Part shown: positions 38,994 through 52,549 of the stretch, in pieces | Numbering within the stretch: position 1 is the stretch's first letter | Layout of the letters: each line of letters starts with the position of its first letter | Assembly: GCA_963722995.1 (NCBI GenBank) | Contig: CAVROW010000011.1 | Coordinates: 303,644-367,643 of the forward strand | Length of the DNA stretch: 64,000 bases | From: an uncultured Solirubrobacterales bacterium | Lineage (GTDB): Bacteria; Actinomycetota; Thermoleophilia; Solirubrobacterales; Solirubrobacteraceae | Direction: 5' to 3' | The notes under the pieces: model-generated | Database searches by the model: none | What the model was told of the DNA's origin: nothing | What the model saw: only the letters and a program-made list of their open reading frames with translations | Program-made: the position numbers and the translations under genes

Positions 38994-39872
38994 GTGACCA
39001 AGTTCATCGACCTGACGCTGAGCGGCATCTCCGACGGGGCCGTCGATGCGGCCGTGGCGCTCGCACTCGTGCTGATCTGGCGCGCGACCCGGATCGTCAA
39101 CTTCGCCCAGGGCGCGATGCTGATGTTCACCACGTTCATCGCCTCTGCCGTGGTCAGCTCGACCGGCTCCTACTGGGTCGGCTTCTTCGTCGCGCTGCTC
39201 GTCGGCCTGCTGCTCGGGGCGATCGTCGAGCGCGTGCTCGTCCGCCCGGTCGAGAACGCGCCGCCGCTGAACGCGGTGATCCTGACCCTCGGCCTATACA
39301 CCGTGCTCGTCGCGGTGGCGGGCATGATCTGGGGCAACACCCCGCGCTCCTACCCGGCTGCCTTCTCGCTGCGGGGATACCGGGTCGGCCACACGAACCT
39401 GGCCTTCGCGCCCAACGACACGTTCATCGTGCTCGTGGTGATCGCGGTGGCGGTGGTGCTCGCGCTGCTGTTCCGGGGCACCTCGCTCGGGCTGCGGATG
39501 CGCGCTTCCGCGTTCGAGCCCGAGGTGGCGCGCCTGCTGGGAGTCAGGGTGGGGACGATGCTGACACTGGGCTGGGCGCTCGCCGCGGCGGCGGGCGCGC
39601 TGGCCGGCGTGCTCGTCGCCCCGTCGACGTTCGTGGGTCCGAACAACTTCGACCCGATCCTGATCAGCGGCTTCGTCGCCGCCATCCTGGGCGGCCTGGA
39701 CAGCCCGCCGGGCGCGGTGGTCGGAGGCGTGGTGCTCGGACTCGCACTCTCCTACGTCGCCGGATACGAGGGCTCGGCGCTGGTCCCGCTGGCCGCGCTC
39801 GTGATCCTCGTGCTCGTGCTCCTGGTCCGGCCCAACGGGCTGTTCTCTCCGGTCGCGGAGCGGCGGGTATGA
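38994..39872 (+). CDS. HAAT ABC permease, LivH-like
   Basis: IVNFAQG; GLRMRA; AAILGGL; RPNGL. Confidence 0.92.
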   Translation: MTKFIDLTLSGISDGAVDAAVALALVLIWRATRIVNFAQGAMLMFTTFIASAVVSSTGSYWVGFFVALLVGLLLGAIVERVLVRPVENAPPLNAVILTLGLYTVLVAVAGMIWGNTPRSYPAAFSLRGYRVGHTNLAFAPNDTFIVLVVIAVAVVLALLFRGTSLGLRMRASAFEPEVARLLGVRVGTMLTLGWALAAAAGALAGVLVAPSTFVGPNNFDPILISGFVAAILGGLDSPPGAVVGGVVLGLALSYVAGYEGSALVPLAALVILVLVLLVRPNGLFSPVAERRV

Positions 39873-41041
39873 GGCTCGTCCGCCGTAGTGCGCCGAAACA
39901 CGCTGCTGCGCTCGATGCTGCTCGCGGCCCTGGCCGCGCTCATCCTGTTGCTGGTCACCGAGAGCTTCAGCCCGTACAACAACCTGCAGCTGGCCAACGG
40001 CACCTACTACTTCGCGGCGCTGGCCGGTCTCACCGTACTGGCCGGCACCAGCGGGCAGATCTCCCTCGGCCACGGCGCGCTGATGGCGGTCGGCGCCTAC
40101 ACCGTCGCGCTTCTGGTCGGCAAGGAGGACTGGTCGGTGGCGCCCGCGCTGGCCGCGGCCACCGCGGCGACCGCGGTCATCGGCGTCCCGGTGGGCGCGG
40201 CCGCGAGCCGCCTGCGCGGGCCCTACCTGGCCGGCGCGACGCTCGCCTTCGCCGTGGGCCTCCCCGCGCTCGCCGACAAGTTCCCCGACCACGCTCGGCG
40301 GCGAGAACGGCCTGGTGATCAACCCGCCGACGCCGCCGGGCTGGCTCGGCTCCAACTTCCCGCTCGAGCGCTGGGAGGCGTGGATCGGCTGCCTGTGCGC
40401 GCTGATCGTGTTCTTCGTGCTCTACAACCTCAACCACAGCGGCGTCGGGCGCGCCTGGCGAGGCGTGCGCGACGACGAGATAGCGGCCTCGCTGTGCGGG
40501 CTGCGCACGGGCCGGCTCCAGACGCGTGCGTTCATCGTAAGCGCAGCCTGCGCCGGACTCGGCGGGGGCGTGCTCGCGCTCGTCCTCCAGCTCGCCGCGC
40601 CCGGCTCCTTCCAGCTCCAGCTCTCGCTCTTTCTCCTCGCCGGCGTGGTCATCGGCGGCCTCGGCTCGCTGATGGGCGCGATCTGGGGCGCCGCGCTGCT
40701 CGTCCTGCTCCCGAACTGGTCCAACGACCTCGGTCACGCGTTCTCGTTCTCGACCAAGGTGTCGGCCAACCTGCCGCTCGCGGATCTACGGCGCCGTGCT
40801 GATCCTGGCCATGCTCGTGTGGCCGAGCGGCATCCAGGGCGCGCTGCGTGCCGGCTGCGGGTGGCTGACGGGCCACGCTCAGGGGCGGGCCGGCGCAGGG
40901 AGCCCGCCGCGGCTTCGCGGAGGAGCCCTCGCCGGTCGAGAAGCCGCGGGTGGCCTCATGAACGCTGCGGCTCGTCGCCCGCGCTTCTCGCGATGCGGGA
41001 TGCCCAGGAGCGCCGCTTCGACCTCGCGCAGGCGCGCGTAG
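39869..41041 (+). CDS. HAAT ABC permease, LivM-like; indels near 40290 and 40780; ends uncertain
   Basis: GQISLGHGA; RLRGPYLA; GRAWRGVRDDE; VIGGLGS; PSGIQG. Confidence 0.85.
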
Positions 41042-41598
41042 TCGCCGCGGATCCCAATCGCGACATCGTTGTACAGGAACGCCTCAGCCAGACGCACGAC
41101 CGCGTAGGCCAGCGCCTCGGTGTCCGCCGGCGCCTCGTAGCGGCCAGCCTGCACCTCGGCGTCGATCAGCGCCTTCGTGCAGGCCACGGCGCGGGGCTGG
41201 ACGAGGCCACCGCTCGATGTCAGCAGGCGCATGGCGCTGTCGCGCTCCTGCTCGAGCAGGGTGCGCAGCGCCGTGGAACGGGTCAGGGTGCGGTTGATGC
41301 GATCGAACACCTCGAGCATTCCCTGCGCGCCCCGCCGGCGCACCTCGCGCCGCTTGCGCTTGTGGAGCGCCTCCAGCTCGTCGGCGATCACCTGGCCGAG
41401 CAGCAGCTCGCGCGAGCCGAACCAGCGGTATATGGTCGCCCGCCCCAGGCCGAGCCGGGCCGCCACCACCGTCAGATCCACGCGCTCGCCGGACAGGTAT
41501 TGCTCGCGCACGAGCCGCATCACGTCCTCGCGCGAGGCGGTCGCGGGTCGGCCTCGGCGCGCGGCCGGACGCTCTTCACCGCTTGCGACGGTCATCAC
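40879..41598 (-). CDS. TetR-family regulator (QsdR-like); 3' end uncertain
   Basis: LGLGRATIYRWFGSRELLL HTH; VVRLAEAFLY. Confidence 0.82.
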   Translation of the reverse strand: MMTVASGEERPAARRGRPATASREDVMRLVREQYLSGERVDLTVVAARLGLGRATIYRWFGSRELLLGQVIADELEALHKRKRREVRRRGAQGMLEVFDRINRTLTRSTALRTLLEQERDSAMRLLTSSGGLVQPRAVACTKALIDAEVQAGRYEAPADTEALAYAVVRLAEAFLYNDVAIGIRGDYARLREVEAALLGIPHREKRGRRAAAFMRPPAASRPARAPPRSRGGLPAPARP

Positions 41599-41736
41599 AA
41601 AAAGCCTAGTATTTGAAACACTGAACGGAGGACGTATCGAAATAGGGCTGCACCGAGCATGCTGTCGTGGGGAGCCGTCGGGGGGCGTGCCCCCCGACTG
41701 TCCTCAACACACACAACAACCTGGAGGTTCATCCAT

Positions 41737-43080
41737 ATGAGGCTTCGCGGCAATCGACTGCTGCGTTACGTCGCACTGCCAGCCGTCGCCGCGCTCACCA
41801 TCGGCGCCTGTGGCTCATCCAGCAACAGCAGCGGCGGGTCGGGCGGGAGCGGTGGCAGTGGCGGCGCGGGTACCGCGCCGGGGGTCACGGCAACGAGCAT
41901 CACGTTCGGCACGCACCAGCCCCTGACCGGGCCGGCGGCGCCGGGCTACAGCGAGATCGCCCCGGCGTCCGAGGCGTATTTCAAGTACGTCAACGCCCAC
42001 GGTGGCGTGTTCGGGCGCAAGATCAACCTGATCATCAAGGACGACGCCTACAACCCGACCAACACAGTGAACGTCGTTCACCAGGAGGTGCTCCAGAGCG
42101 ACGTGTTCGGCATCTTCGAGGGCCTCGGGACGCCGACTCACACCAAGGTGGTGGGCTTCCTGAACGCGGAGAAGGTCCCGGACATGTTCGTCGCCTCCGG
42201 GTGCCCGTGCTGGGACAACGGCTCGACCCAGCCCTACACGTTCGGCTGGCAGCCGAACTACACGATCGAGGGCAAGGTCCTCGGCCAGTACATCAAGCAG
42301 CACTTCGCCGGCCAGAAGGTCGCGGTTCTCTATCAGGACGATGACTTCGGACAGGGTGGTCTGGCCGGAATCCAGGACGAGGTGCCGGCGAGCGACATCG
42401 TCTCCAAGCAGCCCTATCAGTCCGGGACGACCTCGCTCACGCCGCAGGTGGCGGCGATCGCGCAGTCCAAGGCGAAGATCATGGTCGACTTCACGGTGCC
42501 GATCTACACCGCGATCGCCCAGTTGACCTCGTTCAAGATCGGCTACAAGCCCCAGCTCATCGTGTCCAACGTGGGCATCGATCCCACCACCGTGGGCGCG
42601 CTGCTGAAGTCGATCTCCAAGGGCGCGGCGTCCGGTGATGCGCTGATCGACGGGGCGATCACGGATGGGTATCTGCCGTCGTTCAGCGACACCGCGAACC
42701 CGTGGATCCAGCTGTTCATGAAGGTCCACGCCCAGTACGACGCGAGCGCGCCGTTCGACGGCAACGTCGAGTACGGCATGGCCAACGCCTACACGCTCGT
42801 CCAGGCGCTCGAGGCCGCGGGCAAGCACCTGACGCGCCAGGCCCTCGTCAACGCCGTCGAGAACAACGGCGCCAACTGGACCGGCCCCGGGCTCGTGCCC
42901 TTCCGCTACAGCAAGACCGAACACGGCGGCTACGGCGGCGTGCAGATGGCGAAGGTCATCGGGACCGGCATCGATGCGTTCGGCCCGGTACTGACCACGC
43001 AGCCGACAGCGGGCAGCGCGATCACGCCGTACACGACCCAGCAGCCGGCGCCCCCGGCCAACGGGATCCCGACCAGCTAG
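41737..43080 (+). CDS. HAAT ABC substrate-binding lipoprotein (LivK-like)
   Basis: GGAGG RBS; lipobox IGAC; PLTGPAA; VNAHGGV.GRKI; DDAYNP; YQDDDFG. Confidence 0.9.
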   Translation: MRLRGNRLLRYVALPAVAALTIGACGSSSNSSGGSGGSGGSGGAGTAPGVTATSITFGTHQPLTGPAAPGYSEIAPASEAYFKYVNAHGGVFGRKINLIIKDDAYNPTNTVNVVHQEVLQSDVFGIFEGLGTPTHTKVVGFLNAEKVPDMFVASGCPCWDNGSTQPYTFGWQPNYTIEGKVLGQYIKQHFAGQKVAVLYQDDDFGQGGLAGIQDEVPASDIVSKQPYQSGTTSLTPQVAAIAQSKAKIMVDFTVPIYTAIAQLTSFKIGYKPQLIVSNVGIDPTTVGALLKSISKGAASGDALIDGAITDGYLPSFSDTANPWIQLFMKVHAQYDASAPFDGNVEYGMANAYTLVQALEAAGKHLTRQALVNAVENNGANWTGPGLVPFRYSKTEHGGYGGVQMAKVIGTGIDAFGPVLTTQPTAGSAITPYTTQQPAPPANGIPTS

Positions 43081-43100
43081 ACAGAAGCTCTCGACAAGCA

Positions 43101-43133
43101 GCACCCGGGGCCGGCGTGGACGGCTCCGGGTGC
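43101..43133. terminator. 13-bp hairpin between convergent genes
   Basis: GCACCCGGGGCCG-gcgtgga-CGGCTCCGGGTGC. Confidence 0.75.
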
Positions 43134-43138
43134 AGCGC

Positions 43139-43699
43139 CTACTCGTACTCGATCGTCCTCAGTACCCGTGCGGGGGCGCCGGCGGCGATCGAGAACGGCG
43201 GGATGCTCTGCGTGACCACCGAGTTGGCGCCGATCACGCACCGCTCACCGATCGTCACGCCCGTGGTCACGACCACGTGGGCGCCGCACCACACGTTGTC
43301 GCCGATGTGGGTCGTGCCCTTGGTGGTGAAGCCCTGCCAGGTGATCGGCTGGTCGGGGTCCTCATAGCGGTGCGAGGCGTCGGTGATGAAGCAGCCGTTG
43401 GCGAACATGCAGTGGGCGCCGATCTCGACCAGGTTCATCGAGGCCACCATCACGCCGAGGTTGAGGAAAGTGCCCTCGCCGATCCGGATGCGGGCATGGC
43501 CGGGGGCGGTCAGCCAGACGCCCGGCTCGAACAGCGTGTTCGCCCCGATCTCGAGGCGCCCCTCGCGCAGGGCGCTGAGGACGTTGCCGTGCACGGGCCA
43601 GCGGACGAACGCTCCGCGGCGCATGAACTCGTAGTGAATCCGGGCGCGGTTCCACGGCAGCGAGTTGGCCTCATACCACAGCCACTTCTGCGCCCACAG
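43139..43699 (-). CDS. Hexapeptide-repeat (LbetaH) acyltransferase; start uncertain
   Basis: IRIGEGTFLN; IGDNVWCG; TIGERCVIGANSVV; AGAPAR. Confidence 0.88.
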   Translation of the reverse strand: MWAQKWLWYEANSLPWNRARIHYEFMRRGAFVRWPVHGNVLSALREGRLEIGANTLFEPGVWLTAPGHARIRIGEGTFLNLGVMVASMNLVEIGAHCMFANGCFITDASHRYEDPDQPITWQGFTTKGTTHIGDNVWCGAHVVVTTGVTIGERCVIGANSVVTQSIPPFSIAAGAPARVLRTIEYE

Positions 43700-43721
43700 C
43701 CTGAGCGGCGCGCTTGGCCGG

Positions 43722-46617
<2,896 letters not shown>

Positions 46618-46636
46618 TGGCCCGAGTCTAGTGGAT

Positions 46637-46650
46637 CGAACGGACGTTCG
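46637..46650. promoter_or_regulatory. LexA (SOS) box overlapping the uvrA promoter
   Basis: CGAAC-GGAC-GTTCG matches the Gram-positive GAAC-N4-GTTC consensus; -10 TAGACT at 46625-46630. Confidence 0.88.
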
Positions 46651-46704
46651 TATCGATGTGAGCGCGCTACGAGCGGGTTTCCGCGGGCTCGAGCCGCGAC
46701 CCGA

Positions 46705-47656
46705 CTACGCCTCGAACGACGAGTACACGTCGTCGACGAGCCCGCGTAGATCCGAGAGCCTGAAGTTCTCGGCCAGGTAGCGCTCGGTCTCCTCGCGCGG
46801 CTTGTGGTCCATGGCCATGTTGAGCGCCACCAGCCGCGCGCTCTCGGAGTCCTGGCTTGGCTACGCCGTCCGCCGCCTCCGCGCCCGGCGCCGGGGGAAC
46901 GTCCGATGTCGCCTCGCCGAGCACGTCGCCGTGGGGCCGAGCGCCGCGGTCGACCTCGAGCTCGGCGCCGTTGCCGTTGCCGTTGGCGGGTGTGGCCGGG
47001 GCGGGCGGAGGCGAGAGCGGGGTCGCCGAGGCCGGTGATGCGGGCTGCGGTGGCGCGGCGGGCTCGGAGCTCGTCGCCGTCGGAGCGCCCGCGGGCTCCG
47101 GCACCGCGGCCGGGGACGGCGCGGCCGGGGACGGCGTGGCCGGAGCCGCCTGCTCGGGCTCGAAGCGCGGTCGCGGCGCCACCGCGTCCCGCACCTCATC
47201 CAGGTTTCGCTCGAGCAGCTGCAGGTCGGCGCCCAGCCGGTTCGAGCCCGTGCGCAGCGACTCGAACAGCGCGTTCAGCTCGTTCTGCATCGCGTCGAGG
47301 CGCTCGAGCATGGTCGAGGTCGACTCGCTGACGTTGCCCACGTACTCGCGGGCCTGGGATGTGGCCTGCTCGCGCGTCGACTGAGCCTCGCTGCTCGCCT
47401 CGGCGCGGATGTCGCGTGCCTCGTCCTCGGCCTGGCGCTGGATCTCGGACGCGCTCGTCTCGGCGGCCTCGACGATCGAGCGGACCTGCTCGCTCGCCGC
47501 CGCGGCCAGCGAGTCCGAGCGACGGCGGGAGGAGCGCTTGAACTCGTCGAGCTCGTCGGCGAGCGCGGCCAGGTGGGCGTCGACGGCGTCCGGGTCGTAC
47601 CCCCGGCGGCCGATGGGGAAGTCTTTGCGCTCGATTCTCTGGCGGTCAAGAGCCAC
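46705..47656 (-). CDS. DivIVA-domain coiled-coil protein; indel near 46845
   Basis: KDFPIGRRGYDPDAVDAHL; coiled coil; Pro/Ala linker; C-terminal ARLVALNMAMDHKPREETERYLAENF in a shifted frame. Confidence 0.85.
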
Positions 47657-47776
47657 GGAACTACCTCCGGGTCAGGGCTGGGCGGCGGCGCCCGCCAGCC
47701 TACCGAACGCCCCGGCCGCTCACCGCGTGGGCGCGTATCCCTCGGCTTCCCGCGCGCTCGCCATCCGGCCTCGCTT

Positions 47777-49796
47777 TTATGCGCGGGGCGCGAGTCGTCC
47801 GGCTGCGACCGCCTGATCGAGCGCGCGGCGGAGGTCGCGGATCTCGTCGCGCAGCTTGGCCGCGTACTCGAAGCGCAGCTCCTCGGCGGCGGCCAGCATC
47901 TCCTCCTCGAGCTCGACGATCGTCTTCTCGATCTGCTCGGGCGGCATCGCGTCGGTCTGCCGCCGGCGCCGGCGCGAGCGTGGCACCTTCGACTCGGACT
48001 GGAGAAACTCGGCGATGTCGGAGATGCCCTTGACGATCGTCTCGGGCGTGATCCCGTGCTCCTCGTTGTAGGCGCGCTGGATGGCGCGCCGGCGGTCGGT
48101 CTCGCCGAGCGCGGCGCGCATCGCCGCGGTCTCCTTGTCGGCGTACATCAGCACCCGGCCCTCGACGTTGCGAGCGGCGCGGCCGATCGTCTGGATCAGC
48201 GAGGTCTCCCCGCGCAGGAATCCCTCCTTGTCGGCGTCGAGGATCGCGACCAGCGAGACCTCGGGCAGGTCGAGGCCTTCGCGGAGCAGGTTGACGCCGA
48301 CCAGGATGTCGAACTCGCCCAGCCGGAGCTCGCGGATGATCTGGATCCGCTCGAGCGTGTCGATCTCGGAGTGCAGGTAGCGGACGCGGAAGCCCATCTC
48401 GAGCAGGTAGTCGGTCAGGTCCTCGGACATCTTCTTGGTCAGGGTGGTGACGAACGTGCGCTCGTTGCGATCCACCCGGGTCCGGATCTCGTTCATCAGG
48501 TCGTCGATCTGGTTGCGGGTCTCCCGGACCTCGATCTCGGGATCGATGATCCCGGTCGGGCGGACGATCTGCTCGACGATCCGGGGCGAATGGCTGCGCT
48601 CGTACTCGCCGGGCGTGGCGCGACACGAACACGAGCTGCGGCGTGATCGAGAGGAACTCCTGGAAGGTCTGCGGGCGGTTGTCCATCGCGCTCGGGAGCC
48701 GGAAGCCGAACTCGACCAGCGTCTGCTTGCGTGAGCGGTCGCCCTCGTACATGCCGCCGATCTGGGGCACGGTCTGGTGGGACTCGTCGATGAAGCAGAC
48801 GAAGTCCTCGGGGAAGTAGTCGAGCAGGCAGTAGGGCCTCGACCCCGGCGCGCGCCCATCGAGGATGCGCGAGTAGTTCTCGATCCCCGAGCAGAAGCCG
48901 AGCTCGCGCAGCATCTCCATGTCGTACTGGGTGCGCTGGCGCAGGCGGTGGGATTCGAGCAGCTTGCCCTGCGCCTCGAGCTCGGCGCATCGCGCGTTCA
49001 GCTCGCGCCCGATCTCCGCCACCGCGTCCTCGATCATCCCCTCGCGCACGTTGTAGTGGGAGGCCGGCCAGATCCCCACGTGCTCGAGGTCGTCCTCGAT
49101 CAGCTCGCCGGTGAGCGGATCGAAGTGCTGGAGGTGCTCGACCTCGTCACCGAACAGGACGATCCGGTAGGCGGTCTCGGCGTAGGCGGGGAAGATCTCG
49201 AGCGTCTCGCCCCGGACGCGGAAGGTGCCGCGGGACAGCGCGGTGTCGTTGCGCGAGTACTGAATCGAGACGAGCTTGCGCAGCAGCGCGTCGCGGTCGA
49301 TGAACTCGCCCTTGCGCAGCGTCTGGAGGTTCTCGTCGTAGGTCTGCGGCGAGCCCAGGCCGTAGATGCAGGACACGCTGGCCACGATCACCACGTCGCG
49401 CCGGGCGAACAGTGCGGCGGTGGCGGAGTGGCGGAGCCGGTCGATCTCCTGGTTGATCGCCGAGTCCTTCTCGATGTACAGGTCCTTGCTCGGGACGTAG
49501 GCCTCGGGCTGGTAGTAGTCGTAGTAGGAGACGAAGTACTCGACCGCGTTGCGCGGGAAGTAGGTGCGGAACTCGTTGCAGAGCTGCGCCGCCAGCGTCT
49601 TGTTGTGCGCGATCACCAGCGCGGGCTTCTGCACGGCCTCGATCGTGGCCGCCATCGTCATCGTCTTGCCCGTGCCGGTGGCGCCGAGCAGCGTCAGGTA
49701 GCGCTCGCCGGCGTTGATCCCCTCGGCCAGGCCGGCGATCGCACCGGGCTGATCGGCGGTCGGGCTGTAGGCGGCGTCGAGTTCGAACTGGGGCAT
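47777..49796 (-). CDS. uvrB: Excinuclease ABC subunit B; indel near 48620
   Basis: GATGTGKT; [10 protein letters not shown]; DESH; NLLREGLD; UVR domain. Confidence 0.97.
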
Positions 49797-49988
49797 CGGA
49801 GGGACCTTTTAGCGTAGCGGCGGGGGCGGACGGAACCGCAGCGGCGGAGCGGCGGTGCGACTGGCCGGTTGCATCGACGCGGCACTCGGTCCGACGGTCG
49901 AACCGCGCGACTTCGCAACTTTCGCACGCTGCTGCGTTTACGGATGGCCCGACGGTACGCCACGATCACATCTCCACAGAGAGGGGAA

Positions 49989-51224
49989 GTGTTGTCGAAG
50001 CGAGGTACTCCTGCACCGCGGTGCGTCGCCGTGCGCCGTCGCGTCGCCGGCGTCCTCGGTCGGCCATCGATGGCATCGCGGCGCCACCAAGACGCTGTAC
50101 GTCGCGAGAAGGGCAGCAACGCGAATCCGTGCACCGCAGACGGCTCCGTGCTCGACGATCAAGCTTGCGGTCGCCAAGGCCAGGCGGGGCGACACGATCA
50201 TCGTTGAGAAGGGCACGTACTCGCAGTACGTGATCCATCAGCGAAGGACATCAGCGTCATCGGCGTCGGCGGGCCCGTCGTTGACCTCAAGGGCCGCGCA
50301 ACAACGGCTTCGTACATCCGCGGCCGAAGGCCGCCGGGGCCGCGGTCAGCGGCTTCACCGTGAAGGGCGCGACGTTCGAGGGCATCGTCGTCGAGAAGAC
50401 CTCGCACGTCAAGATCTCGAACAACGTCGTCACGAACAACGACCGGGACGCAAGTTCGCGAAGGCGCCGACCGGCGAGTGCGCTCCGCCGCCGGTAGCAC
50501 GTCCCCGGTGACTGCGGCGAGGGAATCCACCTGATGGCGCGTGACGCACTCGCTGGTCAGCGGCAACATGGTCGACGCACAACGCCGGCGGGACTACCTA
50601 CGACTCGCCGCGACGAAGCGCGGCCCCACCGCCCACAACCTGATCTCGCACAACACGCGCGATCGAGCAACGTGCTCGACTGCGGGATCACGCTGGCCGG
50701 GCACAGCGCCGAAGGCGGCCGCCGGCGGCAAGCCGCAGCCCAAGATCGCCGGCATCTACGGCAACACGATCATCGACAACGTGGCCAACGGCAACGGCAC
50801 CAAGGGCGAGGGCGGCGGGCATCCTGCTGGCCGGCGGCGCGCCCGGGCGCGGCCGTCTACGACAACCTGATCGAGGGCAACACGGCCAACGGCAACGGCC
50901 TGCGCCGGCGTCACGATCCACAGCCACGCACGGGCCCACGGCTCCGGCCGCGGACATGAACGGCAACAAGATCATCAACAACAAGCTGAGCCACGACGGG
51001 TCGCGGACATCCGTCCGAGGCCGAGTTCGGCGACCGATTCGCCAAGGGCACCACCGTGGGGATCCTGGTCGGAAGCGACGTCGCGAAGCTGAAGGGCATC
51101 GTGATCACCGGCAACACGATCAGCAACTGCCACTTCGGGATCTACGACCAAGAACGACGCGAACAAGGTCAGCCCGAAGAAGAACACGTTCCACAACGTG
51201 GCGGTCAAGGTCAAGCAGACCTGA
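49989..51224 (+). CDS. Secreted right-handed parallel beta-helix (NosD/pectin-lyase-like) protein with many indels
   Basis: Fragments in alternating frames: APCSTIKLAVAKA..GDTIIVEKGTY; FEGIVVEKTSHVKISNNVV; DCGEGIHL; GIYGNTIIDNVANGNG; GIVITGNTISN. Confidence 0.7.
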
Positions 51225-51248
51225 CGCCGTCACAGTCCTGAGGCTGCT

Positions 51249-51278
51249 CCGAGGGCGTCGCTTCGGCGGCGCCCTCGG
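51249..51278. terminator. 13-bp hairpin with a cUUCGg tetraloop between convergent genes
   Basis: CCGAGGGCGTCGC-TTCG-GCGGCGCCCTCGG. Confidence 0.8.
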
Positions 51279-51287
51279 CGTCAGTCT

Positions 51288-51930
51288 CTAGTCGTAACCC
51301 AGCTGAGCCGCGTACTTCTGGCGGTACTCCACTTGCGCGTGCAGGACCCGCGTCACGTAGTCGCGCGTCTCGGGAAACGGGATGTGCGTCGATGGCCAGG
51401 GCGTCCCCGCGCGCCCGCGCGGACGCCGCCCATCTGTCGACGTTGGCGATTCCGCCGTTGTAGGCGGCGAGCGCCAGCACCTCGTTGCCGTCGTAGTGAT
51501 CGAGCAGGTAGCGCAGGTAGTAGGAGCCGTAGGCGATGTTGACCTGGGGGGTGTTGAGATCGGCGGTCGTGAACGTGCTCGCGCCCGAGCGGTGCGCGAG
51601 GTAGGCCGCGGTCGCCGGCATGATCTGCATCGGCCCGAGCGCGCCGGCCGACGAGGAGCGCGGGTCGAACTTGGTCTCGGCGTAGATGACGGCGGCGATC
51701 AGCGCCGGGTCGAGGTGCTTCTCGGCTGCCTGCTGGCGGATCACGCTCGAGTAGGCGAGCGGGAGCGTCAGGTCGTTGACCGCCTTGCGCGCCAGCGGCA
51801 GGGCGAGGACCACGCCGGTGAGGACCGCCGCGAGGACGACCAGCGCCACCAGCCGGCGCCGGCGGGCCGCGCGGCGCCGCGCCGCGCTCCGGCGGACGGC
51901 CTGACTGCGGGTGGCCACTCCACTGGTCAC
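51288..51930 (-). CDS. Membrane-anchored SLT-domain lytic transglycosylase; indel near 51385
   Basis: AVIYAETKF catalytic Glu; GALGPMQIMPATA; LAAYNGG; PFPETRDYV in a shifted frame. Confidence 0.9.
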
Positions 51931-52515
51931 GGGCCCAGCATCTCAAGGATCGAGGACAACTTGGACTCGAGTTGCTCGACCGAGCCGTCGTTGACCACCG
52001 CGTACGTCGCTCGCTGCGCCTTTTCCTCCTGGGAGAGGTGGCGGGCCGAGCGCGCCTCGAGCGCCTGATGTCCGCGCGAGCCCGCGCGCGATAGCCCGGA
52101 CGTCCTCGTCGGCCACGACCGCGATCGTGGCGTCGAACGCGTCGTCCATGCCCGATTCGAACAGCAACGGCACCTCGACCACGGCGGCTCGCGGAGGCTC
52201 CGGCGCGCGATCGAGCTCCTCGCGCCAGCGCCTCATCCGCTCTCCCACCCGCGGCCACAGCATCCCCTCGAGCCAGGCCCGGTCCTCGTCGGTGGCGAAG
52301 GCGCGCTTGGCCACCGCCCCCCGGTCGACCGCGCCGTCCGACAGGACCGCGGGCCCGAAGCGCTCGACCACGGCGTCGCGGACCGGCGGGTCGTCATAGA
52401 GCTCGTGCACCACCCGGTCGCTCGAGAGCACGGCCGCGCCGAGGCGCTCCAGCGCGTCGAGCGCGGTCGACTTGCCGGCGGCGATCCCGCCGGTGAGCCC
52501 GATGAAGGGGACCAC
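51927..52515 (-). CDS. coaE: Dephospho-CoA kinase; indel near 52090
   Basis: IGLTGGIAAGKST; EVPLLFE; VVNDG. Confidence 0.94.
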
Positions 52516-52549
52516 GAGACGCTGATACGGGTGCGCCGGGGTGGCGCGT

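Noticed and set aside
49897-49940. SOS box for uvrB, or ECF promoter for the beta-helix gene
   Set aside because: CGAAC has no matching GTTC half-site; GCAAC-N15-CGTT spacing is short, so neither is supported
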